From the human T2T-CHM13v2.0 reference genome, Homo sapiens, in NCBI RefSeq assembly GCF_009914755.1, contig NC_060928.1: a stretch of 64,000 nucleotides of DNA; one strand, 5' to 3'. The notes beneath the pieces were generated by a model. That model did not search any database. It saw only the letters and a program-made list of their open reading frames with translations, and was not told the origin of the DNA. The translations under genes were made by a program, and so were the position numbers. Positions 41,900 to 57,260 of the stretch are shown one piece after another; the stretch's first letter is position 1, and every line of letters begins with the position of its first letter.

Positions 41900-42510
41900 C
41901 ATCCCTTTTACTAGTTAGACATTGTCATCATTTTTAAATGACGGTGTCCATTTGGATTTATCCACGTGCTTACCACTGTCTTTGCTGTTATATTTCATAT
42001 CTCAGACTTTCCATCTAGGATCCAGTTTCCTTCCTGAATTTCAAACTTTGGAATGTCCTTTATTTGTAAATCCTTTCTGTTTTGTCTAGAAATTACTTTA
42101 TCTCATATTATTTATTGACATTTTTAAATTGAAAAATGTCATTGAAATCTGACAATTACTAATGTCAATTTCATAAATTATTGACAATTTCATAGAAATC
42201 TGGTGCAAAAAATGTTGGTTAATGCCACACATTAAAATTCCTCTTTTACTACCTCTGGCTTTTACTGTTTCTGTTTTAAAAATCAGCTGTTAGTCTAATT
42301 GTCATGCCTTGCCTATGAATTGTCCTTTTCTCAACTTGCGTTTAACATCCTATTTTCATCTTTGATGTTTTCTAAGTTCATTATGATATACCTAGTGCTA
42401 AATTCAGTTGTCTTTTTCTTATCTGTGAAGCGATCTACTTTCTTAGCCTGAGGATTGGTGTCTACCACCAAATCTGGAGTATTTTCAACTTTGTCTCTTC
42501 AGCGTCTGAA
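41900..42510 (-). mobile_element. Old L1/HAL1 ORF1-region fragment
   Basis: TCAGCTGTTAGTCTAATTGTC; TTCATTATGATATACCTAG; AAATCTGGAGTATTTTCAAC. Confidence 0.5.
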
Positions 42511-44038
42511 ATATTTACCATCTGACTCTATGGAAAGTACTTTGCAACCCCTGTTCTACATGGATAACTTTTTGGATTCGTTTTCAGGTTCAAATTTTAT
42601 TTTTCACACTCTAATTAGCAGCTTAAAGTGATACTGCATTTTCAATATTACAAATTATAATTTTATAATTTTTTCTCATATTTGAATTTTATAATTGTAA
42701 AAATTTAATTTTTATTTGGCAATTAAAATTATAATTTTATAATTTCCTCTCATATATTTGAAAGTTTTTTAATGTAGATTTTATTTCCCAAGTCTTTTGT
42801 TTTTTCATAATTATAGAATCTTCTTTCTGAAATTTTGTCTTTGAGGAAAGGGGTGTAATTGCATTTCTCCACAAGAATATTCTTATTCTGGGCATACATG
42901 ATATCTAACCCTTTGTTTCAGATTTAATGGATCATAGTAGCCATATGAATTTTGACGGAATATTTACGAGGACTAACTGTGGTTATGAATTCTCAGGGTA
43001 AATATATTTCTCTTCCATCCAGTGCCAAATTTAAGATAGAGCATTTTTCTTTTTTGTCTACCCTTATTCTTTATTTTGGCTCTTTGTGGTGACACGTCTG
43101 TGTGGAAAGACCTCTACAAGGATGTATCATAGGGTTTATATCTGTCTTCCAAATTCTATGCAGCCTTCAGTATTTCCTAGGTAAAACTGGGCTGAAATCT
43201 TCAAAATCAGAAATATCTGCTGGACTATATGAAAATATCTGCTAGATCAATTGAGTTATCTATAGTGAGGTAAAAGCACAGTTCCCCAGAGATGGATATA
43301 GTTTGATCTTCTCAGTTCCATACTAAGAATATTTGATGATGTCTTTGCTTCTATATTTTCAGTCATGCCATTTCCTACCAATGTATCATATGTATATACT
43401 GTTTTTAAAAGTTGCTCCTTTAATTTCAAGTTCTTCTCTAGTTTGTTTACTCTATTTTTACAATTTTATGATAGTTAATCAAAATAGTTGCATACTATCT
43501 AATTCCATAGCTAAAAGTCCATAGTAATGATTTCTGAATAACTTATTTTTATTCATTTTACATAATCTTTCATCAGAAGTTGACACTTTTTATTCTTTTT
43601 CTTCATGACTACCAAAATATCCCTCTTCTCTCTTTTTTATTTTTCTGATTTTTATTTTCTTCATGTTCAGGATACCTTATCAACAATTTGATAGTTTTTT
43701 TCAAAATCAACTACTTAAATTTTCAATATTAGTATGCTCCAATAGACCATCTTTGCTCATAAGGATATGTTCCTTTCCCCCAGGGATGCTTTCCCACTCA
43801 CATAGGCCCACATTTTACTTTATTGCTAATACCCATCATAGCTGTGTCTATTGTTTAAGAACCAAACACTCATGTTCATCATCTGCTGACTAGATTTTTT
43901 TACGAAGAGGCATCCTCCATTAATGTACAATATCTTTTTCTAAATGTGCTCTTTTCCCATCTAGATTTTAAAATTATGGATAGCTGGGAAAATGTCTTAT
44001 ACTATTTTTGCTATCATCTGGACCAATTAGAATGCATT

Positions 44039-44492
44039 TGGAGAGGAAGAAAAACATTCTTCTATCTTAGGTTAGACAGTTACTTCTAACAAATTAGAAA
44101 AACAAAAGTCAAATTAACAGAAGAAAACACATGCAAATTTTATCAAATGCTAATGTTTTCTTTTTCTTTTTTTTAAAATGTGCACATAGGTTTTTATAAA
44201 AAGTGAAGACCCAAAGAAGTAGTTAAACTCGGGTGCTTATATATTATCCTGACAAAGGAAAATAAATTATGGAGAAGCAACAAAACAAAAGAAAAGAGTT
44301 GTGGGTTTCGTGGAGCAGAAAATTTTGGGAAGGTAAATATCTCTGAGGAAAACTAGTAGAAGATAACGTATCAGTAAGTTTTGTTTATGCAGACTCATGT
44401 CAGTGTCATGTCCAGGTCCAGTGATAAAGGCTGTTTTTCCCATCCTGTTACAAGAAAGGGAGGCATCTGCACAAAGGAAAATTTATTCCCTG
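44039..44492 (-). mobile_element. 3' LTR of provirus (U3 start missing)
   Basis: Shares ATGCAAATTTTAT, AAGTGAAGACCCAAAGAA, TGTTTATGCAGAC..AGTGTCAT and ACAAAGGAAAATTTAT with 51775-52359; homology stops at ~44492. Confidence 0.85.
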
Positions 44493-44799
44493 TGTTGCCC
44501 ACATGTTGACATAACTAGCAATTAGATTGATTAGTTATCTTGGCCAGGGTTTGGAAAACTGGTGCAAAGAGGGGTGTCACGTTTGTGCTTGACTTGTTGA
44601 GAGAATAGAAAAGTTAATAGATGCAAGACACTGTTTGAAAGAGAGCTCATCATGGGGGATTAGAGGGAGAATAAAATAGATTGAGACAAGCAATCTCTAG
44701 TCAGCCTTTTGATAAATGGGAGATATAAATAAGTGAGGAGGAGTTTGTTTCAAAGATCAAAAGAGGTTGTTTTGTTTTTTTCCCATCTTAAGGAGGAGG

Positions 44800-47700
<2,901 letters not shown>

Positions 47701-47799
47701 AGTTCAACCTTATTTGCATTCAAGGTCCAAAGACTAATTGGGAAAACTTTTAAGGTGAAGTCCCCTTCAGAGGATTTTGATTAGAGATGAGTCTCCATC

Positions 47800-48125
47800 A
47801 AGAAAAGCAAGAAGTCTGAGTCTTTGTGTAAGGCCATGGAAGTAAACCTACCACTTCTTATTATATGGGGTGTTGACATGAAATTTGCACAGCTACTTTC
47901 TACCTATAAGGTTTATTGGTGAGGTATGAGAAAGTAGAAAGGCATAGAGAGTGTTAATAAGGCCTTAGGATATTGAGGTGTGCTGAGGTGTCGGTAGTGA
48001 AACAGGTTGCCCAGAGACTCTGATAGCTTAAACGGAATTAGAGGTGATGGGGAGAGAGAAATCCTCTGAGGGAATAGTAGAAAAGTTGCACTGTGTCAAT
48101 TTAAAAATTGCATTCTTGATCCTCT
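47800..48125 (-). pseudogene. pro: Retroviral protease relic
   Basis: ATTGACACAG(-)TGCAACTTTTCTACT reads as a frameshifted IDTGAT-type active site (~48076-48100); PINLIGRK*LCKF (~47881-47919) matches the LLGRD motif region. Confidence 0.75.
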
Positions 48126-48149
48126 GTTTTAATTTTAATGACGTGTCTG

Positions 48150-49880
48150 GGTTGCTACTAAGGATTGGCTGACCATGTCAATCAGTGGGGTTTATAAGGA
48201 AATTGTCTTACAGAAGAGGAAAAATGGACCTTCTGAGGGTGCTGAAGCCCAAGAAAAGTGCAATTTAAACTTTCCCTCTCTTAATTTCAGGCATTTATGC
48301 TTCCAATATCCTGGCTTTTTATTATCTGCAAATATCTTGAGAAGAATAGGAGAGGTTCTGTGGTTGGAAGCACTTTCAATTATTCTCAGCCACATTTTTG
48401 TTTTTGTGAGAACACAGTTTGCAAGGCAAGGACTGCTATTTTGCTTCTTTCTTTTTCTTGCTTTCCTACAAGCTATTCTCAAAGAATTGGGTAAAAGCCT
48501 CAATAATAAAGCCGAGAGGTTATCCTGCCCATCTAACCACACTTGGTTAGATTTGTTCCTTTATATTTTGGGGAAGATTTCGGACTACTGCAGAAATTCA
48601 AAGATTTCTATGCTTTAGACCTCTGGATTTGATACAGTACTTTTGGAAAGCTTGTATAAAGCCTTCCACAAATGGTTTGGGATGTTAGCTTTCTTTCTGA
48701 GTGCAAAGTTTAACCTTAGAACAATTTACCTGAGGGGGAAAGGCTTCTGTAATAACTGCTATCAGGCCTTGAATAGCGGTCCTAAGCTGAGCATTTTCTG
48801 GCTCTCTGCTGGAGTGCCTGGAAGGGGATCTGGCCACTGGCTTCCCCTGGGAAGGGGTTCACAGAAGCCATCTGTCTTGGGATATAAATATAGTATTATC
48901 ATGGGCGGGAAGCAAACTTTTTAGTAGCCAACTGAGGTCCCTGTGTGTGGGATTAGTGAATGGCCACTAATCTTTCTAGCTCCTCTCTAAATACGGTAGA
49001 TGATCTTCTGGAAATAGAGGTAAAAACGTTTTGTAATTTAAAAGATATACTACAATCCAGAGGATATAAATTCTTTGCAGTCAGGGTCCAGGATACATTG
49101 GCAGAGAGCATTGCCTGGGAAGGCTTGGTATGGATGGAGTTTGATTAGAGTCCTGAAATGTAGGTGTAGTTACAAGGGACGGCAAAATCATCCTTGTGGT
49201 GTGTACCTGGGGCCTCTGCCAAAGTTTCTCCTGGCTATAAGCATTTGCATAAGTAACTTGTTTGTCCCATGCCTGGAGGTCAGGCAGCAGTGCTTTGGGT
49301 AATTCTTATAAGGAAATGGAAGTTAAATTGGACTGCTGGGTGTTTAAAAAATTTTCTAGGGAATTTGGAGGAGTATTGTGAATGAAAGAAATTTGTTGAA
49401 AAGGCTGGGGCCAAAATTTGGGGAGGGGATTTATGGCAGGTTTCAGAGATCCAAAATATCTTCTGGAGTTTCAGAGATAGGGAGTCAGGCTGGAAAGGGG
49501 AATTTGTAATGGGTTATGGATTTTAACTTTTGTTCCAAGTCTGATTTTTGTTTTTCGATTTTTGTTGAGGGAATCCCTCAGACTAGCCAAAATGCTTTTT
49601 TTGTGTTCTTCCTACAATCTGATCTTCCCAGAGGTCCTAATAGGACATTTGTTTAGAATGAGAACTCTCAAAACATTGCTTTAAAATATAAACGTTTTTC
49701 CAAATCAAAAGATCCATCATCTGTTCATCAATGGGTAGAATCGTCAAGGACTGAGCCATCAAATGCAGCACAAAGAAAAAAGCCTTTTTCTGGAAAGACC
49801 TGGAGGCAACTTTCTAGGCATAAAGTGATTTTTTTACCACAGAGGCAAGATACATCCCTGGAGCAGGTGCAGAAGATATA
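48150..49880 (-). pseudogene. gag: Retroviral gag relic
   Basis: Degenerate zinc knuckle ..KKPGYWKHKC (~48290-48335); matrix-like DGSFDLE (~49698-49718); position between leader and pro. Confidence 0.6.
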
Positions 49881-50396
49881 ACTTCCATGACGCAGAATGT
49901 CACTCCCAAGGATAACAAAAGAAATTAAAGACAATTGTTGCCACAGTTGGTAAGGATGTTGTTTATGTGAAAACTCCCGTCACTGGTCTTTCATACAAGT
50001 GAGATGCCGCCAATCATAGACCTACTTACCTGTGATACCAGGCAGGAGATACTGGTATGGGCAGGGACCTTTGATTTAGCAAGCTCCCCTGAGTGTTGCC
50101 ACAGTCAGACAGATAATATTGCTTGTGCAACCAGACTTCCAGCCTGACTCTTAACCATCAGGTGCAGGCCTGACAGCTTGTGGTCCCTGTACAGGTAGAA
50201 AAATCAGAGACAGCTCTCTCACTGGATTCAAGACAAGCTCCAAGTACATGAAATGGATTTAAAAAAATCTCCTGCAGTTTTATTGGTGTCCACAGCAAAA
50301 TTTATCCAAATGAATAGCCATCTAGTAAGAACCATAAACTCTGTGAGGCCAGCTGAACAACAGGCTTTGGAAACCCATTTCTGCATTTTGCCCTAT

Positions 50397-51052
50397 TGTG
50401 GCAGGCCAGGTCTCACTAACGCAGGCCTCCATAACAACTGTCTCAGTACTGACCGAGTGGTGAAGTTAATATTAAAAGCTGATAGAGCCAGTGCCCTTAC
50501 ACAAAGGCTGAAATGTAACAGAAGCCCAACAAGAGTTTTGCCTGGGTCTTTCTTGGGCATTGAAGCATGACAAGATAATGAGAGAATTCTTAACAGGACC
50601 GTTTAGGATTAAACAAGTTTTATTGGGGGTCCAAAGAAACTCCCCAGGCTTCCACAAACAAGTTTACTGAGGGTCTGAAGAAACTCCCCAAACCTCCATG
50701 ATTTAGCAGGAGACAAGATAAGGGTAATCACCCCAGCACCTGGACCTATTTAGATTAAGTAAGCCTACTGAGGCTCCAGAGGAAGGTCTTCAGGACTCAG
50801 ATCTCAGTTATAGATTAAAAGAAGTTAATCACTTATGTCTTTGGAATGCACACTTACGTGTAGACTTATAGCTTAGAAGGTAAGATGAGCTTTGGAAAAC
50901 TTTGTGAGTTTGAGTTGATCTGGTGATATTTTCCAGGATTTCTCCCTGTAACCAGTTACAGAAATAAAAACTCTCTTCTTCCCTAGTTCATCTGCATCTT
51001 GTTACTGGGCCTCGAGAAATAGCAGCCCGACCCTCAGTTTGGTTCAGGAACA
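50397..51052 (+). mobile_element. LTR15-like ERV1 solo LTR nested antisense in the provirus leader
   Basis: TGTGGCAGGCCAGGTCTCACTAACGCAGGCCTCCATAAC ... CAGTTTGGTTCAGGAACA; perfect 4-bp TSD CTAT; AATAAA at ~50963. Confidence 0.85.
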
Positions 51053-51310
51053 CTATGATTCCCTGCCTTATGACAAAGGACACAAAAGGCAAAGGCAACG
51101 TAAAATGATGGCTATCCTGGTGGGGAATGGATCAACAGCAAAGGCCAAATAGAACAAAAGTGGCAATACCTAAGGAATTAATTCATACAAATGTTTTTAC
51201 CTTGTTAATCTAAATTGAAAATTTAAAAAGGAACAAGAAAAGACAGATCTTACAACCCTCTCTCAGTCAGATGCTACTGATGGAAAATCCAAGAGGCTTA
51301 CTCAAGAAGA

Positions 51311-51320
51311 ATTCTTACCT
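51311..51320 (-). promoter_or_regulatory. Retroviral major splice donor (AG/GTAAGAAT)
   Basis: ATTCTTACCT on the plus strand; lies ~75 nt downstream of the PBS once the MLT1A insert is removed, the expected position for a gammaretroviral donor. Confidence 0.55.
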
Positions 51321-51338
51321 TTTTCAGTCTTTATTAGG

Positions 51339-51692
51339 TGCCTTAGTCAGTTTGGGTGGCTACAACAGAATATCATAGATTGGGTGGCTTAAAAAAACAA
51401 ATATTTTCACAATTCCAAGCTGGAAATCTAACAAGAAGGTGGCAGCCCAGTCATGTTCTTGGTGAGGGCCCTCTTCCTGGTTTACAGATAGCCACTTTAT
51501 TGCTTTATCTTCACGTGGTGGAGAGAGAAAGAGAAGCCAGCATTTGTGTCTCTCCTTATAAGGGCATTAATCCCATTCATGAGAGTCCTCCCTTCAAATG
51601 CAATTACCTCCTGAAGCTTCCACCTCCTAATACCATGTTAAGATTTAACGTATGACTCCGGGATGAGACATACAAACATTCAGTTCATAGCA
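51339..51692 (-). mobile_element. MLT1A-like MaLR solo LTR nested in the provirus leader
   Basis: TGCCTTAGTCAGTTTGG ... CATTAATCCCATTCATGAG ... CAGTTCATAGCA; perfect 5-bp TSD TTAGG. Confidence 0.9.
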
Positions 51693-51752
51693 TTAGGAAT
51701 CCCAAGATCTCAGCTGCAGGCTCTGGAGGAACAAGGTGTCCCAGTCTATGCT

Positions 51753-51770
51753 GTCTCTTTGTGGTCACTC
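51753..51770 (-). promoter_or_regulatory. Degenerate primer-binding site (tRNA-Arg type)
   Basis: Minus strand GAGTGACCACAAAGAGAC vs TGGCGACCACGAAGGGAC (recalled): 13/18 match, 4 nt from the LTR end. Confidence 0.6.
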
Positions 51771-51774
51771 GAAA

Positions 51775-52359
51775 TGGAGCAAAATAAAAACTTTCCTCTA
51801 TCCTCTTAAGATGTGCACCTGGGGCTTGTGAATTAGACTGACAAAAGGCATCTAATGGGAAAAAATACATGCAAATTTTATTTGAAATTAATAATTTATT
51901 TTTTTTATGTGCACAGAGGACTTTGTAGAAAGTGAAGACCCAAAGAAACGGTTAAACTCAGGGGACTTGTATCCCAACTTAACAAAGGGTGATTAATTGT
52001 GGAGATGTCACAAGATAAAGGAAAGGAGATTTAGCTTTGAGGGGCAGTAAATTGAAGGAAGGCAAATATATGGGGACACTGATAAATGATAAAGCCTATC
52101 TAGTAAAGTTCTGTTTATGCAGACCCATCTAGTGTCATCTCCATCTGCATCGATGAAGATTGTTTTTTTCTTTTCTATTATTATAAAGGGAACACCTACA
52201 CAAAAGGAAATTTATGCACAGCTTTTAGGCAGACAGGGGGAAGGCAGAGAAGTTTTCCTGCATCTGCCATCTCTCAATTCACTTCTGCTCAGAATAATTC
52301 TTATGTCAAAATGGTAACTGGTGGCGGGATGGGAGGGAGGAGGAATTGGGTTCCCTTTA
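51775..52359 (-). mobile_element. 5' LTR of provirus (MER89/90/92-type)
   Basis: GCTTTTAGGCAGACAGGGGGAAGGCAGAGA, GCTCAGAATAATTCTTATGTCAAAATGG, TCCCTTTA terminus; homologous to 44039-44492. Confidence 0.85.
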
Positions 52360-52800
52360 ATTTTACATTGCAAATGTCTGACAATTATGGGTAGTTTTAT
52401 AATTCTAAGCAGAAAATACAGTTTGGAAATTTAGTTTCTTTTAATAAAGCAGAGAAGAACAAATAATATCAATTAAATGAGTATTTTTAAATAACATTTT
52501 TAAGAAATATTTGTACATTTAACTTTGATTTCTACCAGTGGAAATAAAAAGAATCCTAAAGATTTTAAGCCTCATGTCTATAGATGTTTTGGTGTCTGCT
52601 TAATATAGAATCTGTCAATAAAACCTTCCTACCATTCAATATTTTTATTCTGCTGCAAATAAAGCTCTCAGGGTCACAAAATATAGTGAGGGCATGCAAA
52701 TGGCTGTTCTGTTTTCCTTGAGGAAAACCCCCACAATGCTTTTATAAAAAGTTCTGTAATTATCTAGGTTTTCTGTAATCATTGAATATAATTTATAAGA

Positions 52801-52939
52801 TTAGGAGAAATACCTAATAATGTAGATGATGGGTTGATGGATGCAGCAAACCACCATGGCATGTGTATGCCTATGTAACAAACCTGCACTTTCTGCACAT
52901 GTATCCCAGAACTTAAAGTACACCTATACAAAAAAAAAA
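52801..52939 (+). mobile_element. L1PA 3' end, severely 5'-truncated
   Basis: TTAGGAGAAATACCTAAT..GTAGATGATGGGTTGATGG..CTATGTAACAAACCTGCAC..GTATCCCAGAACTTAAAGTA plus A-tail. Confidence 0.93.
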
Positions 52940-53484
52940 GATAAAGTATCTCTCTTTTAGGTTTATGGGTGTGTTTTCTTTTCTATATCATCTCCAAGAA
53001 ACCATCTGTCCAGTCTTATTCATCTGAGGCATATTTAGTCTCTAGCTAAACAAAATTGAAAATGTTGCTGGGAGTTATAAACTATTATGCAGAAGTGTGG
53101 GAGGTTGTCCTTCACTAACATACAGAGAATCATGGCTTAAGCAGTCCCATTGCCTTTATGTAAATATTAAGGATGACAAGACAGATAATCCTCTCAGACT
53201 GAATTTAATATTCTCAATTCACTTACAAATGAGTGGTATACACTGTATAAAACAAATATATTCACAATTATGAAAAATAAATATTAGACCTGAAAACCTC
53301 TAGCACATAGAAAATCTTTATCCCCAAGTTCCACTATGATCATCATATAAATCTTTAGATGCCATTTCAACTTCACTTTTCTAGATCATTTTAGATAACT
53401 ATGTTTCTAAAGCAGAATACATTACTACTTCCTCATTTCCATTAACTGTTTTGCAAGATTTTCAGGTTAAAATACAAAGGCATG

Positions 53485-53586
53485 AACTCGGCTCACTGCA
53501 GTCTCTGCCTCCCAGGCTCATGGGATCTTCCCACCTCAGCCCCCCTAGTAGCTGAGACTGCAGGCCTGTGCCACCATGCCTGGCTA
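53485..53586 (-). mobile_element. AluJ right-arm fragment
   Basis: CTCGGCTCACTGCAGTCTCTGCCTCCCAGGCTCA...CCACCATGCCTGGCTA. Confidence 0.85.
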
Positions 53587-54080
53587 TTCTCCCTATACTC
53601 TTAAAGAGATATATGTCTAACATTAACACATTGTAGAGAGAAGAAATTGAATTTGGATTCAGAAAAGCAAGATTAAATCTTAGACAAATAATGTTAGTGT
53701 GAGTTTTTATTTGCTTGTTTTTTAACCATTCACGGGCCTCAGTTTGTTTTGAGGGATGAAATGGATAAGGCAAGGAAACTTTTAAGATGGAACCCGACTC
53801 TTAGTGTTTCTTTTGACTAGTAAATTGTACACCAGATAACATGTGGACAGTCTTGTTTAATTGAAAAACCTCAAGACTTAGTGCTTTAAAAATATCAAAG
53901 TGCTATATTCTGACATGTCCCTATTACTTCACTTTAAAACATGTATTTCCTTACAATTAGAACAATGATATCTATTTTTAATTAAAAAATAGAAAAATAG
54001 AAAAAAATTATAAGCAAAATCTCCTACTTCTAACTCATATTCACTGTTCACATCTGGGGACGTAATTTTTCAAAAGAGCA

Positions 54081-54113
54081 TGTGTGTGTGTGTGTGTGTG
54101 TGTGCATGTGTGT
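54081..54113 (+). repeat. (TG)n microsatellite
   Basis: (TG)12 CA (TG)3, read directly. Confidence 0.95.
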
Positions 54114-55724
54114 AAAATAATGCAGTAACCACGATTATAACACAAAGCCGTTCTATACTTTTCTTTAATGATATTTCTATTAAAAGTATATATGAAACAT
54201 GTCTTTCTTTTAAATATATCCTAAGTCATTTATTCCATGGGAGTAGCATAATTTCTTTATCCAGTGCCCTAAACATAATCATTTGATTTAAAAAAAAAAT
54301 TATTATTACGAACAAGGCTTTAATGAACAATTTGCACATTTAGATGAAATTATTTTCAAGAATTAGAATTCTCTAAAATTTTGTGAATTAGAATTATTCT
54401 AATTCATAAAGAATTAGAGATTTTTTATGAATATCAATAATAATAGAAAAGGCCCATTTCTGTGCAGAATGGAATAATATGGATATTTTTCTTCTCTTTC
54501 TAAACTAATAGAAAAATGCCAATAATTACTTTTGTTTAAATTTCACTTAAGATACCTTGAGATTGAGATTATGAGGTTGAGTTATATTTACATATTTGTA
54601 TTGCCTATTTTATGAAAGAAAAAGACTACTTTGTAAAAGCAAAATTTTCTAGTATTCTTGATTGAATCCATATATCTAGAACTGCCATGGAGGTTAAGGA
54701 AAATCCCTGAATACATTCACATTGCATCAAAGGATCCCAGTAGCATATTTGAGGAGCGCATATTGAGTTTGTGTAACAAGGGATGTGGTACTTTTGTTGA
54801 CTTTTTTTATGTGGCTGTAATAAGTAGAAGTCAATGTGAGGGAAAGGAAGCATTGAATATTCTGTATTGAGGTTTTAGAAAGTTCACTTTTCCATCAGAT
54901 GCTTATATCTAGAGAATTTATAAAGTCAAGATTAAAAATGTCTTTCATGTTGATACATGAAGTACAGATTAAAGAAAAGTTGTCTCTATATTCATATTAA
55001 TAGTTTGGGGAAGAAGAAAACTTTAAAATTGCTACTTTTAAAAAAGATCTTAGATTTTGCCTTAAAAGCATTCAGTCTTTACATTCCTCAGGCTAGATGA
55101 TGTGTTTCTGCCCAAGGGCAGATGAATGTCACTCCCTCAGAAATCCATCAGTGCCAGGTCTAAAATGGCCAGAGGAGTTGCTGCAGGCAGGGCAAGCAGA
55201 GGTTTTCCCATCTATCTCATGTTGACTTTCCAGTTCTGTGGGCCCAGGGACTTCGACAACTTCTGCATTTTGCGCAGCCCATGTGGCTGCTGCTTGTAGC
55301 TGCCCCACAATAAATCAGAGAATGGTAACAGCTTTGCATGTTACTTCAGAATTTTAAAAACCCCACATAGCTCCATCTGTAACCTAATAATATAAAGTAA
55401 TATATATGGAAGACAATTATGTATTTCAATCATTAAATTGTAGCAGTGAGTAGACCAGACTAATGAGGATCATAGAACTATGCTTTCTCAATTTAAGAAC
55501 AGCTTAAGTACTGATGCTGAAATTTATGTGCTTTTTCAAAATGTGTAAAAATTAGCTCCATTTCACACTGAAACCTTCTCTGAGACTGCTTTCTTTGATT
55601 TCTAAAAGACAAGGTGCAGACTGTGCATGCGGTAAGTGTATACTGTATACTGTGCATAGTTAGATCCTTGTAACTTTTCAAAAAGAAAATTAACTGATTG
55701 TTTCAAGGCTGTGATGCAAATTAG

Positions 55725-56054
<330 letters not shown>

Positions 56055-57161
56055 ATTGTTTTGTTTTGTTTTTTAAATAAATGTTCCATTCATAATAATA
56101 GGCTAAAAAGAACTGTTAGAGGAGACTGGGCAGATGGAGTGGGGCAGGCAATTTATCAACTTAGGAGGTAATGTATCTTTCCATTCTTTACCTGAAGATG
56201 TAGGTGAAACATTTTAAATCAAATAGTAAAAATAGGATATGTTTGCTACCAATGCTACTACCAACTACATTATTATTGCCAAAATCATCAGATACCCTAG
56301 AATAATATATAAATTTATTTTTGTAATTAGATAAGACAGGAAGAAGAAGTAAACTTCAAGGTAGAATGTCTGAATATATACTAGAAAAATTCCCATAGTT
56401 TGACATTTATCAGATTTCAAGTAATCTGGGGAAAAGACCCTCACAATATAGTAGGAAACATGTTATGCACAGTTTTACAGAAATCAGAATCATAATTGGA
56501 AATTGGAATCACAATGATTCAGAAGTTGAATAATTTACTTAGAGTTACCCTCAAGAGTCAACCAAAAAAGATGAAGAAAGAAAAAGGCTAAAAATAAATT
56601 AATCTGGAATAAAGGCGTTTGTTGAAGTTGTTTGGCCTAACACTCAATGTATTGCTGCAGCAGATAATAATGTGGCGGTTATAATGAATAACTCTTAGAG
56701 GAAGAAAAATGAATTCAGAGACACAGTTAGGCATTTAAGACTGATAAGAAACCACAAAGACTACCTCTCCTGCAATCTCTGTGTCTATGACAACTTCAAA
56801 TATAGTATTTCCTATGGCAAATTTAAATGAAATTATTTTTGATAAAAACTCTAAAGACCTTTTCATGGTGACAGATGGTGTTACAAAGTCATGTATATCT
56901 AATCAGTAATCTACACGATCTTGTTTCAGTTTTGTGAGGAAAAAATGAATGCTTTATAAAAAGAGAATATTTTGCAATTCCAAATAATAGCATAATTTAA
57001 TATTAACATAAAATAATTTTATAAGACCAGAAAATTTCATTTTATATATATTCAAAAATATGTTTTATCTTCTTGCAAATCCAGTATTCTTCTGGGATAT
57101 GTAATAAGACTTTAGGGATGATTTATGCAATTCCTCTCTACTAGACTTGCAGGTAGGAGTC

Positions 57162-57260
57162 TATAGTTTCGTAGTTAAAAATATCCACTCTGAATTTATA
57201 CTTCCTTGGTTCAAATCCAGGCTCTATCACTTACTAAGTGGTTATCATTGGCTAGATTTT
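57162..57260 (+). mobile_element. MIR fragment
   Basis: GGTTCAAATCCAGGCTCTATCACTTACTAAGTG. Confidence 0.7.

Noticed and set aside
48175-48618. 147 aa plus-strand ORF as a possible antisense retroviral protein
   Set aside because: It is antisense to decayed A-rich gag, has no motif, and its length is compatible with chance.
49230-49270. MGQTS as a myristoylated Gag start
   Set aside because: A stop follows after 11 codons, and a matrix-like motif lies upstream (~49700), so this is internal to gag.
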